Of a stretch of 13,439 nt of DNA, positions 1 to 9,233 are shown one piece after another. The DNA lies in NCBI GenBank assembly GCA_041562555.1, contig JBFEXS010000062.1:1-13439 (forward strand), written 5' to 3'. Position 1 is the stretch's first letter, and each line of letters starts with the position of its first letter. Position numbers and translations under genes: made by a program. The stretch comes from Sulfurimonadaceae bacterium. GTDB lineage: Bacteria; Campylobacterota; Campylobacteria; Campylobacterales; Sulfurimonadaceae. The notes under the pieces are model-generated. The model worked only from the letters and a program-made list of their open reading frames with translations. It did not search any database and had not been told where the DNA came from.

Positions 1-24
1 AAGGAAAGGGGATGCCAATCTCAT
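1..24 (-). CDS. 5' end (8 codons, MRLASPFL) of a gene running off the left edge; probably an alpha-L-glutamate ligase-like ATP-grasp (RimK-related) protein
   Basis: ATG at 24-22 overlaps the TGA stop (23-21) of the upstream 7TM gene (ATGA coupling), and the frame stays open to the edge. The product is inferred from the usual peptidase / 7TM-transglutaminase / ATP-grasp ligase gene order; 8 aa cannot establish identity. Confidence 0.55.
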
Positions 25-1559
25 AACTTATCTCTTTTTACCATGGAAGCAAAACGGTAAAGTTCGCTTAATCGATACCCGCTGTAGCGTCCCAACAAAA
101 TAATCAGACCTAAGACTGCCAATAAAAATTCCGGAAAATTAAACGTCCAAAACTGCATTAGTGTGTTGGTCATAGCAAAATAAGCAAAAATAGCAACGAT
201 TAACGAGCCGCTGCCCTGTATCAGCACCTCATAAGGTCCGTTTTCTTCCCAGATGATCGACATCCTCTCAATTGTCCATGCTAAGATGATCATAGGGAAA
301 AAGGTAATACTGATCGCATCTTTTACACCAAGCTTGAAGGCTAGGACGGCCACCATCGCCATAATTCCCACGACGACGATCACTACAGCGGAGATCCGTG
401 CGACCAGCAGAAGGTTCAATGCCGACAAATAAGAACGTACTATCAGACCGATAGATACTACCAAAACGAACATCGTGACCCCCGGCAAGAGGTCTGTTTG
501 CATAAACGCAAGTGCCAAGAGGATCGGCATAAAGGTCCCCGAAGTCTTTAGCCCTACGACAATACGTAAAAGTACAACGACCAAAGCGCCAATGGGGATA
601 AGCAAAAGTCGCTTAAAGGCATTCTGGGATTCATTCGGCAGAATGAAAAGAGAATAGTCCAAAAGGGATATGGTCTCCTCATTCCCCTTCAACAAAGCCG
701 CGTTTCGGGCCGAGACAACATTTTGTGTAACAGAAAAACGTACTCGGGAGTTTTTTACTCCCTCTGCATCCAACAAAGAAACGGTTCCCCGCTGCCAGAT
801 AAACAGGTTTCTTGCCTTATCGACCTTTCCTGTCCTAAGATCAAAAAGCTGCCATTTACCCTTCTCATATACCTCCAACATCGGCTTCAGCGCCACATTA
901 CGCTGCCCGTCAACCAAATCCAAAGCACCAATCCGTCTAAGTTTTACCTTCTTGTCTTCAAGCAGTACTGCGATGACATTACGAAGGTCACGATCAGAAT
1001 GAATATACTTTCGTTTTAACATCTTCACTGCTTGTGAAGGCTCTTTTTTATTAAAGGCATAGATAACACGAGCTGTCATACTGATATCATCGGAAGAGCG
1101 TTCATAGGCATCTTTCATTATCGCTTCAGCTGCCTGGATGACCAGGGCACTCGCTTCAATTCCCTTCTCTTCCCTTCCATCATTTAGGGACTCAGGCTGA
1201 TAGGTCTCATCCACAATAACATCAATAGAGTAGTATAAGGTCTGTTCACCCTTAACATTCCGCTTCGCCCACTCTCCTCGGACATAGCCTTCAGTTTGCG
1301 CTGTAGTATACCCATAATTTGGGGATGAGGAGGTCTCGTTGTATACAAACATCCCCTCTTGTGCATCCGGTAATGCAAGAGAGATAAACGCATTTTCACC
1401 CCTGCCCTTAAACTCTACTTTTGCTTCGATGTTCCATACACTCTTCTCCTCACCGCTAAACAGCGGAAACCCAAGTACATTCACCTTGTACGACATAATC
1501 CCCAAGGCTATGCTGATGAGCAATATGGCAAAAAGGTATATTTGATACCGGGATCTCAC
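21..1559 (-). CDS. Inactive transglutaminase-like domain fused to 7 C-terminal TM helices (UUP1-type membrane protein), 512 aa
   Basis: N-terminal TM anchor, then a soluble domain with a degenerate transglutaminase core (PMLEVYEKGKWQLFD; no catalytic Cys/His; no Cys in the protein). The C-terminal multi-TM block has family motifs GLKTSGTFMPILLALAF, FFPMIILAWTIERMSIIWEE and LGRYSGYRLSELYRF. The GTG start overlaps the upstream TGA (GTGA, 1559-1556). Confidence 0.88.
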   Translation of the reverse strand: MRSRYQIYLFAILLISIALGIMSYKVNVLGFPLFSGEEKSVWNIEAKVEFKGRGENAFISLALPDAQEGMFVYNETSSSPNYGYTTAQTEGYVRGEWAKRNVKGEQTLYYSIDVIVDETYQPESLNDGREEKGIEASALVIQAAEAIMKDAYERSSDDISMTARVIYAFNKKEPSQAVKMLKRKYIHSDRDLRNVIAVLLEDKKVKLRRIGALDLVDGQRNVALKPMLEVYEKGKWQLFDLRTGKVDKARNLFIWQRGTVSLLDAEGVKNSRVRFSVTQNVVSARNAALLKGNEETISLLDYSLFILPNESQNAFKRLLLIPIGALVVVLLRIVVGLKTSGTFMPILLALAFMQTDLLPGVTMFVLVVSIGLIVRSYLSALNLLLVARISAVVIVVVGIMAMVAVLAFKLGVKDAISITFFPMIILAWTIERMSIIWEENGPYEVLIQGSGSLIVAIFAYFAMTNTLMQFWTFNFPEFLLAVLGLIILLGRYSGYRLSELYRFASMVKRDKL

Positions 1560-2263
1560 TTACTATCCTTTGTAGGTGCTTTTGTATACCGCCTGTTCAC
1601 GTCCACCAAAGCATTTCCCTGTAAAAAATTTCTTCCGATCAACACCGGATATTTATATTGTTCCCTGTCTGTCAGGCTCACTTCAATATACTGGCTCATA
1701 CTTGACACATTCAAACGCATATGGACAACATATCGCTCTTGCGACTCTTCCCCATGACGTTTCACCTTGATAGTCTTTACTATAGGTTTTTTGATCTGTA
1801 TTTCGCCTTTTTGATTATCGATCACCTTAAAACGCACCCACTTTTCTCCATCCCGTTCAAACGGAACGATCTCCTTGGCATGCACCGAACTCGTCTGTGC
1901 TCCCGTATCGATACGCCCTTTTAAAAATGCTTTGTATACAGGTAAATAGACCTCTTCAAGCTCTCCTATGATCACATTTGAAGGCTCTTTGTAAATAATG
2001 ATCGGTTTACACGGCTTTTCCTTGGGACAGGGTGCACACGGATGAACCTTAGGGCATGACACGATTTCTCTTTCTTCTGGTAAAGGGATGAAAGGTGCAA
2101 TCTCTTCTGTCTCGTCTTTCCCCACAGATAGCCCGGTCTCAGAAGGAAGCTCGATCTCTACCGGAGCTTCTCTATTCGTATCTTCAACTTTTTTTATCTC
2201 AGGCTGGAGTTGTGTACACGCACTGAAAACAAGTGCGAACAGAACCAAAAAAAGATGCTTCAT
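1556..2263 (-). CDS. RimK/ATP-grasp-associated retropepsin-like aspartic peptidase (often annotated 'ATP-dependent zinc protease'), predicted lipoprotein, 235 aa
   Basis: Motifs IIGELEEVY, RIDTGAQTSSVH, WVRF, EVSLTDR and YPVLIGRNFL. I prefer the ATG at 2263 (TGATG overlap with the kef stop) over the ORF-track start at 2281, because it gives the signal peptide MKHLFLVLFALVFSA-C with a lipobox. Confidence 0.85.
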   Translation of the reverse strand: MKHLFLVLFALVFSACTQLQPEIKKVEDTNREAPVEIELPSETGLSVGKDETEEIAPFIPLPEEREIVSCPKVHPCAPCPKEKPCKPIIIYKEPSNVIIGELEEVYLPVYKAFLKGRIDTGAQTSSVHAKEIVPFERDGEKWVRFKVIDNQKGEIQIKKPIVKTIKVKRHGEESQERYVVHMRLNVSSMSQYIEVSLTDREQYKYPVLIGRNFLQGNALVDVNRRYTKAPTKDSK

Positions 2264-3876
2264 CACCAATTCACCTGGCACTGTATACTATGCTGCACCA
2301 AGATCTTTGCGACCTCTTCTTTCCCATCGATCATCGCACCGATCGGAAGATCCTCAAGCATCTTCTTCTCTTCCAAACTTACAACCTTTACTATCAGATT
2401 GATCCGCCTTTCATATCGTGAAACTGCTTCGGATATAAGACGTTTTTTCTCTGGGTTATCCAGGGTGATGATAACGGCACTTGCATCCTCCGCATGGAGT
2501 GCAAGAAGGATACTCTCCTTGGACATATCTCCATAATAGATCTCTTCTCCGTCATTCAAACCCTCTTTGACATGCTTCAGGGAGTTATCGATGATAATAT
2601 GCTCTACCCCTTTTTCCTTCAACTCTTTGGCAACGAACTTACCAATGGTAGAGTATCCACATACGATCACATGGTTTTTGTGGGTCAAAATCTTCTGCAG
2701 GTCATATTCATGTATGTCCTCAGGGAAAAGTCTGGAGACAATATCCTCGATCCGCGTCATCAAAAAAGGTGTCAGGATCATAGAGAGTACGACAACCAGA
2801 ACAAGTAGATTCATCAACTCATTGTTTAGCAAATTTGCATTACTTGCCAGGGCAAAGATAGCGAACGAGAACTCTCCTACCTGCGAGAGTGAGAGTGCTG
2901 TCTTCATGGCATTGCGCGGTTTGATGGAGAGCTTCATGACAAAATAGATAACGATCGTCTTCAGTAACAGAATACCGACAAGTATCCCAAAAATCGACGT
3001 CACGTGCTCAATAAAGTACATCACATCGATCTTAAGCCCGACGGTCAGGAAGAAGGTCCCTAAAAGCAGGTCTTTAAACGGGGCAATATCCGACTCAACC
3101 TTATGATGATACTTCGTTTCAGCAATGACCATACCTGCGATAAAAGCCCCGAGAGAGTAGGTAAACCCTGCACTATGCGCTAACAGGGAAGCACCCATAA
3201 CGATCGCCAATACAGATCCCATAAACAACTCATCCAGTTCCGTGTTTGCCGAGAAATGCAAAAGCCATGTCATGACTTTACGTCCGATTATAAACAAAAA
3301 ACCAAGTAAAATAAACGCCGAAAAAAGCGTATGTTTGAGGATTTCCAGCACATCTCCGCCATCACTCGCCATAAATCCGATCAATAATAAAATAGGGATT
3401 ACTGCCACGTCCTGAAAGATCAATATGCCCATAGCACGCTGTCCATACGTCGTATGTATCTCCTTTGAGCTTTTGAGATAAGAGAGGACTACCGCGGTAG
3501 ATGAGAGTGCCAAAGAAAGCGCGATAATCACGGAACTTTGGTAGCTAAGCCCAAATATCCAGTGTGCGATTACGAAAAAAACGAGAGCGGACAGTCCTAC
3601 CTGCATTCCTCCGTTGACAAATACGATACCCTTCATCGTATTTAAACGAGCCAAAGGGATCTCCAGGCCAATAGTAAACATCAAGAACACTATCCCGAAC
3701 TCACCGATCAGTTCCAGACTCTCAGAACTTACATGCCGAACATCAAAGGCATAGGCCAAAGCTGTACCGGTAAGGATATATCCTATGATCTGTGAGATGC
3801 CCAGACGTTTCAAAAGAATATTGATAATCGTCGACACCCCTAAAGCTGCAACGACATAAAGCAGGGCTGTTTCCAT
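2263..3876 (-). CDS. Kef-type K+/H+ antiporter (CPA2 family) with C-terminal TrkA-N/RCK domain, 537 aa
   Basis: Multi-TM N-terminal region with EFGIVFLMFTIGLE, ALSSTAVV, GILIFQDVAVIP, SLGAFIAGMVIAET, PFKDLLLGTFF and LSQVGEFSF. Rossmann-like HVIVCGYSTIG...YYGD in the C-terminal domain. AAAGG RBS upstream (3891-3887). Confidence 0.92.
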   Translation of the reverse strand: METALLYVVAALGVSTIINILLKRLGISQIIGYILTGTALAYAFDVRHVSSESLELIGEFGIVFLMFTIGLEIPLARLNTMKGIVFVNGGMQVGLSALVFFVIAHWIFGLSYQSSVIIALSLALSSTAVVLSYLKSSKEIHTTYGQRAMGILIFQDVAVIPILLLIGFMASDGGDVLEILKHTLFSAFILLGFLFIIGRKVMTWLLHFSANTELDELFMGSVLAIVMGASLLAHSAGFTYSLGAFIAGMVIAETKYHHKVESDIAPFKDLLLGTFFLTVGLKIDVMYFIEHVTSIFGILVGILLLKTIVIYFVMKLSIKPRNAMKTALSLSQVGEFSFAIFALASNANLLNNELMNLLVLVVVLSMILTPFLMTRIEDIVSRLFPEDIHEYDLQKILTHKNHVIVCGYSTIGKFVAKELKEKGVEHIIIDNSLKHVKEGLNDGEEIYYGDMSKESILLALHAEDASAVIITLDNPEKKRLISEAVSRYERRINLIVKVVSLEEKKMLEDLPIGAMIDGKEEVAKILVQHSIQCQVNW

Positions 3877-3906
3877 CTAAAAAAGGCCTTTATATTAATT
3901 GCTCTT

Positions 3907-3912
3907 ATTATA
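3907..3912 (-). promoter_or_regulatory. Putative sigma70 -10 box (TATAAT) for the kef operon
   Basis: Exact TATAAT on the minus strand about 30 nt upstream of the kef ATG, in the divergent intergenic region. Confidence 0.6.
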
Positions 3913-3966
3913 CCCGCCTTAAGCCTGATTGTCTAGTACAACTCCTAGCTAGACTAAAGCTTTTTT

Positions 3967-3975
3967 TGTTATAAT
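3967..3975 (+). promoter_or_regulatory. Putative extended -10 promoter (TGtTATAAT) for pyrG-recJ
   Basis: Exact TGnTATAAT preceded by a T-tract, 35 nt upstream of the pyrG ATG; AAGGG RBS-like sequence at 3999-4003. Confidence 0.7.
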
Positions 3976-4010
3976 TCGCAATTAATAATAACAATCATAA
4001 GGGCAACTTG

Positions 4011-5630
4011 ATGACAAAGTATATTTTCGTAACAGGTGGGGTTTTAAGTAGTCTTGGTAAAGGTATTACGGCGGCCAGTATCGGTACCTTGCTAAAGCAC
4101 TCAGGCAAAAAAGTCGGGATGCTTAAAATCGACCCTTACATCAACGTTGACCCAGGCACCATGTCTCCCCTTGAACATGGTGAAGTCTTCGTCACCAAAG
4201 ATGGTGCGGAGACAGACCTTGATATCGGGAACTATGAACGTTTTCTTGACACCTCTTATCTGAAATCATCCAACTTTACTACCGGTCAGGTCTACTCTTC
4301 TGTCATCGAACGCGAACGTGCCGGAGGTTATCTGGGTCAAACGATCCAAGTTGTCCCGCACATCGTAGGGGAGATCGTTGACCGCATCAAAGAGGCAGGC
4401 GAAGGGCATGATATCCTGATCGTTGAATTGGGTGGTACCGTAGGTGATATCGAAGGTCTTCCGTATATGGAAGCGATCCGTACCATGAAACATGACGAAG
4501 AGGTTGCCGGGACCTTTTTTGTGCATGTTACCCTAATCCCTTATATCAAAGCAGCTGGCGAACATAAGTCCAAACCGACACAACACTCGGTTCAGGAACT
4601 TCGCCGTATCGGTATCACGCCTCAAATGATCATCACACGTAGTGAGAAATCCCTACCGAAAAGTTTCAAGAAAAAGCTTGCCGTTGCCTGTGATGTCAAT
4701 CAGGATTGTGTCATCGAGGCACTGGATGCTGCCACCATATATGCTGTACCTATCAGCTATCTACAACAGAACATTCTCGGACCTATCTCCAAAGAGCTTG
4801 AACTGGGTGAGCTAGAGCCGGACATGGAACAATGGGATGATATTGTCAAAAAAATCGTTCAGCCAAGCGGCCGCGTTACTATCGGTTTTGTAGGCAAGTA
4901 CCTTGAACTCAAAGAATCCTATAAATCCCTTATTGAATCATTGATCCACTGTGGTGCCCATCTGGACACCCGTGTAGAAATCTGCTGGGTTGATTCTGAA
5001 GACATCGAGACAAAGGGTGCCGAAGCGTTATTGGCAGATTGTGATGCCGTTCTCGTCGCCGGTGGATTCGGGAATCGTGGGGTCGAAGGAAAAATCCAGG
5101 CCATCGAATATGCCCGTGTTGAGAAGCTACCGTATTTGGGTATCTGTCTGGGTATGCAGCTGACCCTTGTCGAATATGCACGTAACGTCCTTGGGTTGGA
5201 AGATGCGAACTCTATTGAGTTTAATCCGGAGACAAGCAATCCGATGATCTATCTCATCGACAACTTTATCAATCAGTCCGGAGTCAAAGAACTTCGTACA
5301 CACCAATCACCTATGGGCGGAACGCTTCGTCTGGGTGAATACCCATGTGAGACCAAAGCAAAATCACACCTGCGCGAGGCCTATGGTGAAAAGGTGATCT
5401 ATGAGCGTCACCGCCACCGATATGAAGCCAACCCTGCCTACCGTGAACAACTTGAGAAAGCAGGGATGATCGTGACAGGTGAATCCAATGGACTGATCGA
5501 GGCTGTTGAGATCAAAGACCATCCTTGGTTTCTTGGAGTCCAGTTTCACCCGGAATTCACATCCAGACTTACAACACCAAATCCATCGATTCTAGCCTTT
5601 GTCAAAGCAGCCCTGGCAGCGAATGACTAA
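4011..5630 (+). CDS. pyrG: CTP synthase
   Basis: [49 protein letters not shown] and KSKPTQHSV, plus glutaminase motifs [15 protein letters not shown] and QFHPEF. ATG 4011 is preferred to TTG 4008. Confidence 0.99.
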   Translation: MTKYIFVTGGVLSSLGKGITAASIGTLLKHSGKKVGMLKIDPYINVDPGTMSPLEHGEVFVTKDGAETDLDIGNYERFLDTSYLKSSNFTTGQVYSSVIERERAGGYLGQTIQVVPHIVGEIVDRIKEAGEGHDILIVELGGTVGDIEGLPYMEAIRTMKHDEEVAGTFFVHVTLIPYIKAAGEHKSKPTQHSVQELRRIGITPQMIITRSEKSLPKSFKKKLAVACDVNQDCVIEALDAATIYAVPISYLQQNILGPISKELELGELEPDMEQWDDIVKKIVQPSGRVTIGFVGKYLELKESYKSLIESLIHCGAHLDTRVEICWVDSEDIETKGAEALLADCDAVLVAGGFGNRGVEGKIQAIEYARVEKLPYLGICLGMQLTLVEYARNVLGLEDANSIEFNPETSNPMIYLIDNFINQSGVKELRTHQSPMGGTLRLGEYPCETKAKSHLREAYGEKVIYERHRHRYEANPAYREQLEKAGMIVTGESNGLIEAVEIKDHPWFLGVQFHPEFTSRLTTPNPSILAFVKAALAAND

Positions 5631-7203
5631 ACTCTCCAAAGCCCGTCTGCACGAGATACTATCCCAACGTTTCAGAACGGGTTTTAAAAAACTTTCAGAG
5701 ATTCCAGACCCTTCTTTACTGCATGATGGTGTCAGATCTGCCAAACGTATTGCAAAAGCGATTCAGAACAACGAGAGAATATACATCGTCGGTGATTATG
5801 ATGTCGACGGGGTGACCTCGACTGCCTTGATGATAGAGTTTTTCAAGGCTATCGGTTATCCCATAGAGGCGACCATTCCCAATCGCTTCAATGACGGTTA
5901 CGGCGTCTCTGAAAAGATCATCGATCGGATTGAAGCAGATCTTGTCATTACCGTCGACAACGGTATCAATGCTTTTGGAGCAGCCCAGGCATGTAAAAAA
6001 CGGAATATTGATCTTATCATCACCGACCATCACACCCCTTCTGAGACTCTGCCGGATGCCTTTGCCATCATCGACCCTAAACTTGCAGATTGTGCTTATC
6101 CCTTCAAGGAGATCTGCGGGGCCCAGGTCGCGTGGCTTCTGATGGCACTTATAAAAAAAGAGATCAATGCTTCGATCAATTTGACACAATTCATGGATCT
6201 GCTCTGTATCGCAATCATTGCCGATGTCATGCCCCTGCATGACATCAACCGTACTCTGGTACTTAAGGGACTCGAACAAATCTCCCTTTCCCAGCGCCCC
6301 TGTATGATCATTATTCGGGATATGCTTGCGAAAAACAAGCTTACTGCCGAGGATATCGCATTTCAAATAGCCCCGAGGATTAACTCTGCAGGACGTATGG
6401 AAGACGCCTCGATAGCATTGGACTTTTTGACAGCCAAGAATGAACATGATGCCTACAATACCTACCAACTGCTAAATCAGCTCAATGAGATTCGCAAAGC
6501 CACCGAGTCGGAAGCCACCGAAAATGCTATTGCCCAGGTTTCCAGAGAAGACAATATCATCGTTGTCGCTGCACAAGGCTGGCACGAAGGAGTCGTCGGT
6601 ATCGTTGCCTCACGCTTGGTGCAAAGGTTCGGTAAACCGGCTATTGTCCTCTCCGTTCATGACGGTATTGCCAAAGGGTCAGCCCGCAGTATTGGTAATA
6701 TCAGCATCTACACCCTCATCCAGCAAAGCGCATCCCTCCTGGAAAAATTCGGCGGGCACAAGATGGCAGCGGGCCTTTCACTCAAAGAAGAGAATCTCCA
6801 CGCCTTCAAAGAGAGAATCAATCAAGATGCTTCTTCCATCCCTGAAAAAGACTATATCCCCCAAGAAGAGATTTTGGGAGAGATAGACTCTGCTGCTATC
6901 GATTTTGAACTCCTTGATCTCCTGGAACAGTTTGAACCCTATGGGGAAGCCAATCCCCGACCAAGATTTCTTGCTTCAAAAGCTCAGATCGTCTCCGTCA
7001 GACGATTGGGAAAGGAAAAGGAACATGCGAAAATCGAACTTCGGCTTCATCCCCATGAGATTCAGACCTATGATCTCATGTATTTTCGTTGCGATGAAGA
7101 ACTCCACGCAGGTTCAGAGATAAGCTGTTCTTATACGCTTAACAAGAATGTTTTCAACGGTCGAACCTCCATACAATTCATGTTAGACAGGATCATTTCT
7201 TAG
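5623..7203 (+). CDS. recJ: Single-stranded-DNA-specific exonuclease RecJ, 526 aa
   Basis: DHH-family motifs [49 protein letters not shown] and [10 protein letters not shown]. The likely start is ATG 5623, overlapping the pyrG stop by 8 nt; the ORF-track start at 5599 is not a standard start codon. Confidence 0.97.
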   Translation: MTKLSKARLHEILSQRFRTGFKKLSEIPDPSLLHDGVRSAKRIAKAIQNNERIYIVGDYDVDGVTSTALMIEFFKAIGYPIEATIPNRFNDGYGVSEKIIDRIEADLVITVDNGINAFGAAQACKKRNIDLIITDHHTPSETLPDAFAIIDPKLADCAYPFKEICGAQVAWLLMALIKKEINASINLTQFMDLLCIAIIADVMPLHDINRTLVLKGLEQISLSQRPCMIIIRDMLAKNKLTAEDIAFQIAPRINSAGRMEDASIALDFLTAKNEHDAYNTYQLLNQLNEIRKATESEATENAIAQVSREDNIIVVAAQGWHEGVVGIVASRLVQRFGKPAIVLSVHDGIAKGSARSIGNISIYTLIQQSASLLEKFGGHKMAAGLSLKEENLHAFKERINQDASSIPEKDYIPQEEILGEIDSAAIDFELLDLLEQFEPYGEANPRPRFLASKAQIVSVRRLGKEKEHAKIELRLHPHEIQTYDLMYFRCDEELHAGSEISCSYTLNKNVFNGRTSIQFMLDRIIS

Positions 7204-7231
7204 GTGATGTGAGTTTAATGAGACAAGTTTA

Positions 7232-7240
7232 TGTTATATT
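7232..7240 (+). promoter_or_regulatory. Putative extended -10 promoter (TGtTATATT) for the sqr-like gene
   Basis: One mismatch to TGnTATAAT in the AT-rich 74-bp gap after recJ; AAGGA RBS at 7265-7269. Confidence 0.45.
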
Positions 7241-7277
7241 ACTTTATAGATTTACTTAAATACAAAGGAAGTCAAAG

Positions 7278-8711
7278 ATGCATAAACACACTCTTGTAGA
7301 TGATTTAATAGACCAGGCAGAAGGACTTTCCAGACGTGACGCCCTCAAGCTGATGGGGATATCTCCTGTTGCTGCTTCTGTTCTCGCAAGTTCGACGGCC
7401 ACTGAGGCGAAAGCATCGGATGCAAAAGGAAAGATCGTTATCCTTGGCGGAGGTGCCGGTGGGATTATGGCTATGGCCCATCTTCGATCCTCTTTGAATA
7501 ATCCCGACATTACCATCATTGCTCCTAATGAAGTTCATCTTTACCAGCCGGGGCAGGTCTTTATCGCAACCGGTATATATGAACCCCACGAGATCGAGAT
7601 GAGCAATAAAGACTTTATCCCGGATGATGTCACCTGGATCAAGGACGAGGCCAAGAGCATTGATGCAGACAACAACAAGCTAACACTACGAAACGGTGAA
7701 GATATAAGCTATGACTACCTTGTCGTAGCAACCGGGCTTCAATATCATTACGACCACATCAAAGGACTGACCGAAGCGGATATCGGGACCAATGGCATCT
7801 CCTCAGTGTATCTTAACAATCTTGAAGAGGGCACCCATAGAGGAGCAGAATCGACATGGGAATGGTTCAATGCCCTTAAAGCCTCTGCCAAAGCCGGAGA
7901 GAACCCACGTGCGGTCTTTACACAGCCGGGCACCCCGATCAAATGCGGTGGAGCACCGCAAAAAATACTCTATCTTGCAGCTGATTACCTAAAACAAGAG
8001 GGCCTGCATGCCGAATGTATCTTCACGACCAATACCTCCACCCTATTCAGTCTTGAAAATGTTGCACAGGAACTTCAACGCACCCAAGAGGGGTATGAAG
8101 GCATGTCAACAAAGTTCACCCATATTCTAAAAGCGATAGATGTACAAAACAAAATAGCGACCTATGATCATTTCTGGCAGGAACAAGGCGAGTATGATGA
8201 AGACCTTGAGATGTACGAAACCCTTGATAAATATGAAGAAGTCCAACTCGAGTATGACTTCATTCATATCGTACCGCCTATGGGTCCGGTGGATGCAGTT
8301 AAAGAATCAAAACTGGGCTGGCAGCAGGGATCCGCCAAAGGATGGCTTGAAGTAGATAAAGAGACCCTTCAACATCGCCGCTACAAAAATGTCTTCGGTA
8401 TTGGTGATATCTGTGGAATACCTATGGGAAAAACCGGTGGCTCTGCACGTCACCATGCGCCGATCATGGCGGCAAACCTCATCAGTGAGATGGAGAAGAA
8501 AGCCCTTAAGGAGAAATTTGACGGTTACACCGTATGTCCGCTGAAACCGCGCTATGGAGAGATCATCATGGCAGAATTCGGATATGACGGACCAATGCCA
8601 TCCATTCCGTTTTGGAAAGATGTATCAAAGCCGCGTTCGGCATGGTGGTTCTTCGATGTCTATATGCTAAAATCGATGTATAAATATCTGATGATGCGTG
8701 GCCTTATGTAA
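7278..8711 (+). CDS. sqr: Sulfide:quinone oxidoreductase-family FAD flavoprotein (type II-like) with Tat signal peptide, 477 aa
   Basis: Tat motif SRRDALK, then a hydrophobic stretch and an AKA cleavage site. FAD-binding ILGGGAGG, HLYQPG, YDYLVVATG and NVFGIGD. Redox Cys motifs IKCGGAPQK and FDGYTVCPL. Aromatic amphipathic C-terminus WWFFDVYMLKSMYKYLMMRGLM. Confidence 0.8.
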   Translation: MHKHTLVDDLIDQAEGLSRRDALKLMGISPVAASVLASSTATEAKASDAKGKIVILGGGAGGIMAMAHLRSSLNNPDITIIAPNEVHLYQPGQVFIATGIYEPHEIEMSNKDFIPDDVTWIKDEAKSIDADNNKLTLRNGEDISYDYLVVATGLQYHYDHIKGLTEADIGTNGISSVYLNNLEEGTHRGAESTWEWFNALKASAKAGENPRAVFTQPGTPIKCGGAPQKILYLAADYLKQEGLHAECIFTTNTSTLFSLENVAQELQRTQEGYEGMSTKFTHILKAIDVQNKIATYDHFWQEQGEYDEDLEMYETLDKYEEVQLEYDFIHIVPPMGPVDAVKESKLGWQQGSAKGWLEVDKETLQHRRYKNVFGIGDICGIPMGKTGGSARHHAPIMAANLISEMEKKALKEKFDGYTVCPLKPRYGEIIMAEFGYDGPMPSIPFWKDVSKPRSAWWFFDVYMLKSMYKYLMMRGLM

Positions 8712-8728
8712 GGGAGGTTTTCTTCCCT
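8711..8728. terminator. Short hairpin between convergent stop codons; possible bidirectional terminator
   Basis: AGGGAGG-TTTT-CTTCCCT is a 7-bp stem with one G-U pair on the plus strand, filling the gap between the sqr TAA (8709-8711) and the opposing TAG (8729-8727). There is no good U-tract on either side. Confidence 0.4.
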
Positions 8729-9158
8729 AAACACGTATATTGATATGTGCAAGCGGCTCTTCAAGAGCATTTGCAAATGCTTCAAAAAACTCTCGCTCTT
8801 CAAACGCCGGATTATTTAATTTGGTAAAAATCATCTTTTTGATTGCATCATCACTGATCACGCCGCTTAGTCTCTCAAAATGTTGAGCGACAATCGTGCG
8901 TTCGCTCAAAGATTCAAAGCCATTCGTGGAAGCAAAGGCTGCTGCTTTGCCAATACTGTTTAACTCCTGTGCTAAGGCTTCTTTCTTCTCACTGTCTAGG
9001 CCGGCACTCATCTGCTCAAAGACCATAATCGCTTTCTCGCTGAAGTTCTCTAACTGCGCCTGAACAGGATTATTCTCATTCATCCGTCTATTGGAAGGCG
9101 AGAGGGGTGTGTCATCAGGTGCCGAATACATATAAGAATGACTGCTTTGAATATACAT
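8727..9158 (-). CDS. Hypothetical protein, 143 aa (S/P/N-rich N-terminus, acidic helical body, C-terminal HINIRV)
   Basis: The ORF fills the gap between sqr and the WD40 gene and has a natural-looking helical composition. ATG 9158 is preferred to TTG 9170, because the TTG abuts the sigma54-like -12 element and would lie upstream of the predicted transcription start. Confidence 0.75.
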   Translation of the reverse strand: MYIQSSHSYMYSAPDDTPLSPSNRRMNENNPVQAQLENFSEKAIMVFEQMSAGLDSEKKEALAQELNSIGKAAAFASTNGFESLSERTIVAQHFERLSGVISDDAIKKMIFTKLNNPAFEEREFFEAFANALEEPLAHINIRV

Positions 9159-9168
9159 GTTGAAAACC

Positions 9169-9187
9169 AAGCAATTCCTATTCCCAA
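9169..9187 (-). promoter_or_regulatory. Putative sigma54 (RpoN) -24/-12 promoter
   Basis: Minus strand reads TTGGGAATAGGAATTGCTT: GG (9184-9183), 10 nt, GC (9172-9171), in GGAA and TTGCTT contexts. The conserved C is 13 nt upstream of the ATG at 9158. Confidence 0.6.
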
Positions 9188-9233
9188 TATACGATCCAAG
9201 ATCTGGGATGATGCTATTCTTTTCTCAAAGTTA

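Noticed and set aside
3882..3891. 10-bp palindrome AAAGGCCTTT over the kef ribosome-binding site
   Set aside because: It has no loop, is short, and is partly explained by the SD itself; there is no support for a regulatory structure.
3931..3954. Inverted repeat GTCTAG-N12-CTAGAC between the divergent kef and pyrG promoters
   Set aside because: The arms are only 6 bp, there is no second copy, and I recognise no regulator motif. It could be chance and needs cross-genome conservation to be credible.
3976..4010. Possible CTP-sensing reiterative-transcription attenuator upstream of pyrG, as in Bacillus
   Set aside because: The predicted leader is only about 30 nt, does not start with GGGC (the GGGC at 4001 belongs to the RBS region), and has no terminator hairpin.
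4011..7203. pyrG-recJ overlap as a novel linkage
   Set aside because: This is a familiar housekeeping arrangement in Campylobacterota and is useful only as a taxonomic hint.
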